Source of the DNA: Craspedostauros australis
Taxonomy: Eukaryota
Length of the DNA: 30,611 nucleotides
Reading direction: 5' to 3'
Assembly: GCA_030167865.1 (NCBI GenBank)
Contig: JALAGF010001187.1
Location: 62,001 to 92,611 of the forward strand
In this document: positions 21,606-30,442 of the stretch, piece after piece
Numbering within the stretch: the stretch's first letter is position 1
Layout of the letters: every line of letters starts with the position of its first letter
Made by a program: the position numbers and the translations under genes
The notes under the pieces: generated by a model
What the model saw: the letters and a program-made list of their open reading frames with translations, nothing else
Told to the model about the DNA's origin: nothing
Databases searched by the model: none

Positions 21606-24600
21606 CTAGCAGTACTCGTCATCCATGCCGAGCTCATCGTTCTCGCGAGCGCGCTGATGCTCCGCCCAAACATCTTCATCCACGACGGTCCGCCGGATCT
21701 TTCGCTGGGTGCGATTGGGATGCGAGATGTTCACTTGGAACATCGTGCGGATGTCCACCTCGTACGTCCACTCCAGCGTCTGCAGGATCACCTTCTTGGG
21801 TGGCGTGGGGAGATTGAAAGCGTGCTCCAACGCCTCGCGGTGATACAGCGAGTACGGTAGCCAGTACTCGTCCTGCTTGTACTCCCACACGACCATCGTT
21901 GGAGGCGTTTCTGTCGAATCGGTCGCGGAGGTTGTGCTGCCGTGACCCGTCGCCGGTGAAGATGGGGTGCTGATCGGATGCTGCCTGCTGGCGGGAGGTG
22001 ATGGCAGGACGTTGGGTCCTGTCGAGGCTGTCTGCTTCTGTGCGGGTAGTCCATACTCGTCAGCCTCCTCCACTGGAGTGAGCGGCATGGACTCCAAGAT
22101 GGTATCATCCGTCTCACCTAGCTCCATCTGACTAACGTTGCAGTACTCATCCGATGGTGCATCCATCGGTTTCGTGATGACTTGATTGGTCGGTGAAGGC
22201 GGGGATATTGGCACTCTGTGTATTGCTTTCTGCGTTTTCTTCTGCGCTGCCTTGTCGCTACCCTTGTTGGTGAAAAATCCATGCTTCTCAGCTTCTTCCT
22301 GCGTTTCGAACGGTGTCCGCTGCGGGTCTCTTGTCGGACTTGTGTAGTATCGCACGAGACTGTTGGCAACGACAGTCGAGCACGAGTACGAGTACGACAC
22401 ATGACGACGAAATCGATCGGAATGAAGAAGCGCATTGACAAACGAATGGAAATGGTGTGTGAGTAATTGCGCGCCATACTCTTTCCGACGAACATGATGC
22501 TGCCACACACCTCGGTGCCACCTATGACGCGCCATGCAAGACACATGGCGTGAAACGCACAAGACGAATCACACACCGAGAAGGAATCGCGACGGGCGTT
22601 GGCATGCTGCTTGTCAAATGTTCGACCTCCAACATTGAACGTCGCACGCAATCCACAGCATAGCCATTTCATCCAATGTTCCCGACCCTGCCTCTTGCCT
22701 CTTGCCACCACGACATCCTGCAATCACACGAATGCACTTACAGTTCTGGGTACGCGCGTCCGTTCTCATACACCACCCAAATCTTGCTACCCCCTGATCG
22801 ACCCGTGACGGTGTTGTACTTCAGATTCGTTTGAGGGTCCACAGGTGGTGCCGTCAGGTTCGCGCACGTGTCCTCGAACTCCTCGCTCTTGAGGCGGTTC
22901 ATGAAGATGGCGTTGCCGACCAGCAGCTTCGCGAGGAAGAGTTCGCGTTCGTCCGCCTCGGCGTTCGATCGTTCGTTCGTGTGGAATGGGAATAATTTAT
23001 CCTCCTTGCTCTTCATCTCGTGCGGTTTGTAGGAGTAGCAGTCTGAGTACATACTTTGTTCTGCGAAGTAGATGCCTCGTCTGTGCAATGCAATGCAATG
23101 CAATGCAATGAAGTGCGATGCGTTTGTGCATGTCGGGATTGAAGTATGTCATTTTGGCCAATGGTAGAAGAATAGTACGGATGGAAAGCAAGATGTTGGT
23201 CAGAACATGCGCATGCACACGTTGGATAGTAAAAGCGTCCAAGCGTTCATTCGTTCAATCGCGCAATTGTCCAAGCGATCAATCGTTGGATGAGAGCAAT
23301 CCAGAAGCAATCCAATAGGACTCCACAGCAGAACATGAGCCAAAAACTCACCCCCAGAAGCCCTCCTTGGCGAACTGCATCATGAAGCCATCCTGCTGGT
23401 CGTTGTAGACGAGCTCCGGATCCAGGCTCGACGTGCCATGCCACGCCAGCCGTTCGTTGGGCTTGATATCGTGCATCTCTAACCGGTCCTTGTGGAAGCA
23501 GTAGTACGTCCACAGGGGCATGTTCTGCACCCTCCACAGCTTGCTTATGTAGGTGTCCGGCATGGTCTCTCTCATGCGATCGTGCACCATCCAGTAGGTC
23601 TCCTCGTCGGGACCGATCTCGTTGAGGACCTTGTTGGATTGCGCCCAATCCGACGGTCTGGTCTGCAAGAGCGCGCGCTTGCCAATGAGCTCGGCCTTTT
23701 TCAACCGTGCCTGATCCACCGTCTCATTCAAACCCTCTAGCGCCGAATCGATCGCCATCTTCTCCTTGAATGCGCGCTTCGCCTTGCGGCTGCGCCAGTA
23801 CTTGAAGGTGACGATCGTGAGGAGCAGGCAGACGACGCCCAGGAGGGAGAGCGACACGACCATCGCCGTGTTGAAAGACTTGGACGAGTACGGGAAGGTA
23901 TCCGGCGGGATGACGCCGCATTCCACCTCCGGGAAGCATGCCTCCTTGGGACGGAAGATGCTCTTGCTCAGCCCGGACGAATTGACCTGGACGAAGGCAA
24001 CGTCGGCCCAGACGAGGTTGTAGGGATAGAAGGACTCGCGGCGCAGGTTGAAGAGGGTGAATTGAGGGTCCTTGCGGTCGCCCTCTGCCGTGAAGCTGAC
24101 GGGGCCGCTGACACCATGCATCTCCGTTTGGCGGATCAAGGAGGAGACCAGCTTCCCATCCATGCGCTTCTCCTTGGGCAACGAGGAGAGGGCGGTGGCC
24201 ATGATGACGAGGACGTCTACCATGTGGTTAGCGGCGTAGTCCGGTAGCTCCGTGAGCGGGTTGTCGGGGTAGGGACGCGCCTTCTTGCGGAGGAAGTCGT
24301 TGTAGAGGGTGAGGAACTCATCGAAGACTTCGTTGTTCTCCTTGTAGGGGATGATGCTGAGGATGCCGGGCTTGTCGGGAACCCATGACATGTCGCCGGA
24401 TGCGAAACCGCGCATCTCGGGCGTGATGAAGATGAGCTCGGGGAAGATGCCGGGCGCATCGCAGGCTTCTTTGGCGTTTCTGTTGATGTCGCTGATGATG
24501 TTGTGGATCTGGAAGGAGTGCTCCTTGTGCGCGAAGAGGAGGACGATGCGCGTGTTGGTTTCTGAATTCTTGGACGGCAGGGTTGCCAGCGCTCGGCAGG

Positions 24601-25717
24601 CCGAGGCGGGATCGACGTTCTTTCGACTCGTGAGGGGGTCCGTCACCAAATCGATCGCCGGGGCCTGGTGAACCACCACGCCGCCGATATCAGGCTGCTT
24701 CCACAATAACCGGAACTGCTCCGCCATGCCGATGGGGAAGGCCGTGTTGGTCGTCATGATGGAGACGTGCTTCCACTTGTACTGCTCCAGCGCCACGATG
24801 AGCGCCCCCACTTGGCCCTTGTCGTTGTCGGGTGCGTTCATCCTGGAAAAGACCGGGAAGCGATAGTCGTCCGTGAGCTCCGCCGAACTCGCGGACGGTG
24901 ACATCTGAGGGATGAACTCCAAACCGGCAATGTTGGCGACGGCAATGGAAGAGCTGGAGCAACGGCAGCCGATAACTCCATGGACCTTGCCGTTGAGCTT
25001 GTTGTAGGCATCCCAGTAGCCGCGCATGGCCTGCGTGCCGTCACATCCCGATGCCACAATTTCATAGTGCATCATCTCACCGTCGGGAAAGAGGTCGTCA
25101 TGCCACCCGTCCGTGCGGTCGTTGATGAAGGAAAAGAGCGCCTCCGTGAGATCCTCCACCCAAACGAAGTTGTTGGTGTCCATCGCGACGATGATGTTGA
25201 TCTTGTCGTCATCATCGTCGTCTTCGGCATTGAGCGTGTTGTTGCTATGGTTCAGCCTCCTTCTCTTCTGCATGAACTCCATGTCGACGTCCACATCAAA
25301 GTCCACCCCGTGCACGCGCATAGCCTCCGTCCGGGTGGCCGATTTTCGCCGACCCAAGTCTATGAATGGGGTCTGATGCTGCGACTGTCGTGGCTGCTGA
25401 GGCTGCTGTGACGGTTGCCTTTGCGTCTGCGTCTGCGTCTGCTGGTGTTGCGGTTGCTGCTTCTGGCGGACTTCCGCCTGACGTTGATGCTGGTGCAATG
25501 TTGATGACGCACCACTCGTAACATGAGTCCGAGTATGAGTCTGAGTACGAGCAGCGTCTGCTCTGTTCGCTGCATCCTGTCGTTCAAGTGACTGCTCCAA
25601 TACACTGGCTGCGGCGCTGATCGTGCACAATAGACAGCAGAGGGCAACGGAACCCACCCACTTGATGCCTGCCTTGTGCATGGCAGCAGAGCCTATCTGG
25701 CTGGATTCGTCACGCAT
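21606..25717 (-). CDS. single-pass receptor: signal peptide - ANF/Venus-flytrap ligand-binding domain - TM - coiled coil - PARP catalytic domain (H-Y-I) - WWE domain; 3 exons (25717..23352, 23080..22742, 22359..21606), ~1152 aa (1140 if started at ATG 25681)
   Basis: Both introns are GT-AG and phase 2; splicing rebuilds the PARP motifs GFWG|RGIYFAE and AYPEL|LVRYY. VFT motifs: GVIGCRCSSSSIAVANIAGLEFIPQMSPSASSAELTDDYRFPVFSRM, YKWKHVSI, GVSGPVSFTAEGDR. TM AMVVSLSLLGVVCLLLTIVTF is followed by KYWRSRKAKR. PARP motifs: ISKLWRVQN, NERLAWHGT, LFLAKLLVG, KYNTV, KIWVVY. WWE: VVWEYKQDEYWLPYS...ALEHAF...YEVDIRTMFQVN...TQRKIRR. Confidence 0.9.
22360..22741 (-). other. intron 2 of receptor-PARP gene (382 bp)
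   Basis: Minus-strand donor GTAAGT at 22741; acceptor ...GCCAACAG ending at 22360. Joins AYPE-L-LVRYY, matching the PARP terminal strand YPEYLITY. Confidence 0.85.
23081..23351 (-). other. intron 1 of receptor-PARP gene (271 bp)
   Basis: Minus-strand donor GTGAGT at 23351; acceptor (CATTG)5-CACAG ending at 23081. Joins FWG-RGIYFA. Confidence 0.9.
23084..23110. repeat. pentanucleotide microsatellite (CAATG)5 abutting the splice acceptor
   Basis: tgcaatgcaatgcaatgcaatgcaatg. Confidence 0.9.
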
Positions 25718-26701
25718 TGCTTGTGCTTGTGCGCGTGCTTGTGCTCAGGAGTTGGACTTGGCACAAAGCGTGGCAAGTCACGGTGAGGTCTCTTGACCAA
25801 AGCTCCGCTTGTTGCCAGCTGCGTTATAGTCGATCGTATGGTATTCCACTCTGCTCTGCGGTCTACTCTATCCGTGGTCAACCTCTGCTACCGTATATTC
25901 TATTTCAATAGAATACTCTGCAGCTGATGACGTCCTCCACAATTGTTGATGACTGGGTTGTGGCTCTGATGCTCTATTGTGTATCTCTCCGGAGGGGGCA
26001 GAGAGCAGGAGCACCCACGAAGATGACTCAGGTACGACTGTGTTACTAATAGGTCATATAGTTCGATCTATCATACAATTGTGAGGGATAATACCACACC
26101 ACACACCCCCAACACGGCAGGTAGGCAGGTCAGAATGCGGATGTTGCTTGTTCTGATGTGATTCGCTTGTGGCTTTTCTTCCCTCCTTGTCTCTGTGCTG
26201 CCTCTTTCGCGTCGCTGTGTTTTGCTCTTGGTTTCCCAGTTTCTTTGTCGCACTTCGTTCCCTTCTCCCCCAAGACATCCGCCAAAACTTCACGACCACG
26301 ATCTGGAAGTCCATTGAGTCGTCCACACAGCGACATCCACGAGTGGGTCGGCGCGTCGTTGTCGCACACGAAATATTGGCTGCACACATGTCTCTGTGTC
26401 TGTATGGTGCAACATGATGTTTGGTGACCGATACAAATTGCAAATGAAACAGCTTTGCACAGACACAAATCGCAGCACAAATGCGGAAAAAGGGAGAATC
26501 ATGACAGCGTAAAATCAAATGGCGATGCAAACAGAAATGACAATCCATGACAGAATCTCCCACAACAAACTTGGGTCATCCAGACTCGTTTGGATGGACA
26601 GTCGGAGGCACCAGACCAACGACAACGACAACGACAACGACCAACGCCAACACCGATAGAAGTATTGTGCATACGAGCACATACAGCCACAGCGGAAGAT
26701 C

Positions 26702-28231
26702 ATGCCGTCGTCATTTTGGAGTTCGTTGCAAACGAGCAGCGGAGGCATCCCCGAAACCATCAATGAGGAGAGTCCCACCAACGCAGGCGATAACGTGGAT
26801 GCGCCTGTAGCCAACGAGTCTGTCGCAAGCAACGGTTACACGCACAACCATGCAGCTGGCAGCAACACCACGGGTGCCGATGACTACGAGGCCTTCCTGA
26901 AGTCGCTTCACGCAAACACGGACGACGACGGCGTCATGCATGGTGTTCAGGACGAAGCACAGGGGCCACAAGAGGGAGATCAAACCCATGTGGATGATCA
27001 AGACAAGCTGGTCGACGTCGGCTCTTCCGCGACCAATGACGCCTTGCAACCAACTGCTACTGCGATCGTCCCAAGGTTTGAGGGGAACGACGGCAGTCAT
27101 GTTCGTGCTAACAACGGTTCCAGCTTCCAGGAAGACGAAGAACCCGTTGACTACAGCGACTATTATGACGACGACGATGATCATGTTGATGCCAATTATC
27201 AGGACGGCTACGACGAGGCCTATGGTCAGGACTACGATCAGAACTATGACCAGCAGTATCATCAGCAGTCCAACGGCGGGGACGAGTACGGACAATATGA
27301 GAACATCACTCCGCCTGGGTCCCCGCGATCCAAGTCGGACGGCAGACTGGATGCGAGCCAGGATGATGGTTACGATCAGCAGTACGAACAGCATTACGAA
27401 CAGCAGTACGATCAGCAGTACGAACAGCAGTATGATGAGCAGTACGACGAGCCATCGACGCCGGTGCGCAGCATGATCCGGGCATCGTCAGAGACCAGCT
27501 TTACGTTCCTGGGTGACGAGCAGGCGATTCCGGACGAGCTCCGGAAATTGCAGGAGCAGACCCTGCGTCGACGCCGTCTCTTCAATGGTCGCTTGCACCA
27601 GCTGCAGTGCAAGGTGGCGGCTGTCAATGTCATCGTCGGGGAGGAGCAGATGGATTTGCTGCTTGCGACAAGGGACACGATCGGCCGCTCCGTGGCCAGA
27701 CCGCTTGAGAATACCATGGAGCATTTCTTGCTGCTGCGGGACTCCTCCAAGGAACGTTCCATGGCCATCCGAACCATCTCCCGGCGCCTCACGCGGCTGG
27801 AGTGCGATCATGTCAAGTTCATGAACGTCACGCTCTTCGACACCAGACGGGACGAACTGGAGGCCGTTCAGGACAGATTGGAGAATGACATTCTCCCAGC
27901 GGTAAAATCAGAATTCACAAAGTCCCTCAAGGTGGAAGGCAGCATCGTCAGACGCCACCTCGACATGGTGGGTTCCACGACGCGCCGTTTCAACGAGGAG
28001 GCGGCCAGCAGACGATCCACCGTGGAGCTCGTGCGGCAGCAGGTCCAATCCGTCAAGGACAGAGACCAGCAGCGTCTCAAGGATGCCCTGGAGCGCATCA
28101 AGGATCTGAGACAGCAGCTGGCACGCGAACGGGCGGAACGCCAAAGATCCGACGAGCTGCTCATCCAACAAATCGAGGCCAAGATGTCACGCATGAAGCG
28201 TGCGCTGCTGGCAGTCACTAGTGAGCAATGA
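26702..28231 (+). CDS. coiled-coil protein with SF-assemblin/beta-giardin-like C-terminal half and acidic, Tyr/Gln-rich disordered N-terminus (509 aa)
   Basis: Intronless ORF. The C-terminal ~240 aa is helical coiled coil ending ERIKDLRQQLARERAERQRSDELLIQQIEAKMSRMKRALLAV, which resembles the SF-assemblin C-terminal pattern (L..E..ER...D..I...I......LQ..L..V). The CDS call is confident; the family call is moderate. Confidence 0.7.
   Translation: MPSSFWSSLQTSSGGIPETINEESPTNAGDNVDAPVANESVASNGYTHNHAAGSNTTGADDYEAFLKSLHANTDDDGVMHGVQDEAQGPQEGDQTHVDDQDKLVDVGSSATNDALQPTATAIVPRFEGNDGSHVRANNGSSFQEDEEPVDYSDYYDDDDDHVDANYQDGYDEAYGQDYDQNYDQQYHQQSNGGDEYGQYENITPPGSPRSKSDGRLDASQDDGYDQQYEQHYEQQYDQQYEQQYDEQYDEPSTPVRSMIRASSETSFTFLGDEQAIPDELRKLQEQTLRRRRLFNGRLHQLQCKVAAVNVIVGEEQMDLLLATRDTIGRSVARPLENTMEHFLLLRDSSKERSMAIRTISRRLTRLECDHVKFMNVTLFDTRRDELEAVQDRLENDILPAVKSEFTKSLKVEGSIVRRHLDMVGSTTRRFNEEAASRRSTVELVRQQVQSVKDRDQQRLKDALERIKDLRQQLARERAERQRSDELLIQQIEAKMSRMKRALLAVTSEQ
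27371..27451 (+). repeat. 12-bp coding tandem repeat encoding Y(D/E)(Q/E)Q x~7
   Basis: tacgatcagcag tacgaacagcat tacgaacagcag tacgatcagcag tacgaacagcag tatgatgagcag tacgacgag. Confidence 0.9.
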
Positions 28232-29806
28232 GCGATGCGCAATGAGTAGCGCGCAATGAGCGATGAACAATGATTACGATTCGAATGACGCTGGCATGAT
28301 GCATTCAGAAGCGAACATGATGATAACAAACGATGTGGGCGTAGTTTATGAATGTGGAAGACCAGTCCAACGCATCCACGAATGTGGCACGTCAGAAATA
28401 ACGAGCATTGTACAACGCAGAGCAATCCTCTGCGATATGCCATCGATGAGATGCAAGCCTTGTGAAGGTGCTTCCTTGATCACCATTGTTGTGTATAGTA
28501 TTCTGGAGAGTTGCATGTCAGCCTTCAGCGTCGTCATCTTTCATATTGGCAGTCGACGGCTCGGTTCGTGCCCAAGAAACAAGCGAATGCAATTGTTGTT
28601 CGCTGGTCTGTCGTATGGTATCCACCCACAACACGAGTACGTATCAGATAATATCGCACTCGCAACTGCTCTGCTCTATTCGATTGGATTCCGCTTTTGT
28701 CCATGAAAGAAGTTGTATAGTATGGTCAGCCACGACCGATGCCGTGGCCATCACGATTGCTGTCAATACCGATATGGAGCGCACGTGCTTGTCGCGTAGC
28801 GTGGCCCATTGCCGACTTGAAGGTGCACATGGAGGACCTGTACCAGACATGTCAGATCATTTGTATTGAGGTCACTGCATCATTCTACCGCACATAATAC
28901 TTCGGAGCTCGTCCTGCACAAAGTCGCCCTCATCGTCCATTCGCCCAATTGTTCTTGACGCAGCGATGTCCCCTCCAGCCTTCATTGTTTGCGCGGGATC
29001 ATTGCGCCACCCACCTTGGATCAGAATTTCACTGGATGGTAGAGGATGCGAACGCTTGGACATGACCGACACCACCAACAAGGGACCGTTCGATGTGCCT
29101 TGTGGTGAACGAGTTCGTTGATCGTGCGAGAACGAAGATCGTGGAGTGCACGAAGTCGGGTTGCAAGATGTTTACGGCAGGGGTACGACCTTCGACCTAT
29201 TCGATGCCCGCTAACTTTCGAAGAATCATGTGTAAGCCGTGGTTCTACTGGATTCATCTCTATCCGCAGGTACGTACGTAGTATTCGTACTTTGCTAGTG
29301 CGAATGGTCACAGCCACAGACGAATATATCCCGCCCATCTCATGATCCAAGGGCGACTGTTTGACTCCGTTCCACCATGTTCAATTGTTCCCAAAGCCTC
29401 TGACGAGCTTTGCTGTCACACAAAATTTGTTGAGAAGCAACGACCACGAACCGCTTGCGCGAAGAGTGGAGGATGATCCACTTCCGTGGGTCATTCTCAC
29501 GCAACGTCAAGACAAGAGAGCGTAAATGTAGATGAAGGCGGCGAAAGCGCCTCAAAGACGCCTACGCCAATACTGGGTGCCGTCTATGGCCATCCCGGTC
29601 TTTGCTTCCCCTCCTTTCGGGACCTCTTCCTCTTGCGGCGTTGTGTCCTCAATGAAGCGAGGATCATGATATACCATCACAACAATCCAACCATGCCCAA
29701 GATAGTTCAGGACTCTAGCTCATACCCATACGAGTGTGCAGTTCCACCCTCCCATGTGTAGCACGCCACATTACACGCGCAAACGTCAAAGTAGGAGGCA
29801 CTCCTG

Positions 29807-29852
29807 CATCCATCCATCCATGCATTCCACTCATTCATCCATCCAACCATCC
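29807..29852. repeat. imperfect (CATC)n microsatellite
   Basis: catccatccatccatgcattccactcattcatccatccaaccatcc. Confidence 0.75.
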
Positions 29853-29965
29853 TTGGATTTATCCATCTGTCCGTCCACCTCTGGACGTATCCATGTGGAT
29901 TCATCTACTCAGCGAACACGGTTCTCAACACGAGTATTCATAGTACGAGCATCCTATTATGAATG

Positions 29966-30027
29966 GTATTATTCTATTCTATTATATTCTATTCTATAAC
30001 ATAATAGAATATATTGTATTACTATAA
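29966..30027. repeat. AT-rich (TATTC/TATTA)n low-complexity tract
   Basis: tattattctattctattatattctattctataacataatagaatatattgtattactataat. Confidence 0.75.
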
Positions 30028-30232
30028 TACGTCGTTGTTGTAAGATGGGTTGTGAGGCAAGCGGCCAAATGGTGGATGACGTTGATCTTGGCCGATTCTG
30101 CTACCACCACCTACACGGACACCAAAAACAGAGAGGTCACACTCGCACATATCCCTAATGACGTTTTGCTTGCGTCCGGACACTTTCTCTACGTAGCATG
30201 CGTCCGGACGCAAATTGAACGCTCAGTTTGCG

Positions 30233-30442
30233 NNNNNNNNNNNNNNNNNNNNNNNNNNNNNNNNNNNNNNNNNNNNNNNNNNNNNNNNNNNNNNNNNNNN
30301 NNNNNNNNNNNNNNNNNNNNNNNNNNNNNNNNNNNNNNNNNNNNNNNNNNNNNNNNNNNNNNNNNNNNNNNNNNNNNNNNNNNNNNNNNNNNNNNNNNNN
30401 NNNNNNNNNNNNNNNNNNNNNNNNNNNNNNNNNNNNNNNNNN
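30233..30442. other. assembly gap (210 N)
   Basis: Run of N characters. Confidence 1.

Noticed and set aside
22360-22562. ORF 21606..22562 as a stand-alone WWE gene
   Set aside because: Its first ~68 codons are intronic and start at a non-ATG codon. The acceptor at 22360 joins it in frame to the PARP exon and supplies the last PARP strand.
18565-25717. Functional link between adjacent CTL transporter and receptor-PARP (e.g. choline sensing)
   Set aside because: Adjacency in a eukaryotic genome is not evidence, and the VFT fold here is type-1 amino-acid-binding-like, not choline-binding-protein-like.
27371-27451. Regular repeat considered as CRISPR-like or non-coding array
   Set aside because: Contiguous 12-bp units without spacers, in frame inside a CDS of a eukaryotic gene.
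28650-29560. Possible decayed gene or transposon remnant on the minus strand
   Set aside because: Some protein-like fragments occur between stops, but no RT, integrase or transposase motif and no terminal repeats; would need tBLASTx.
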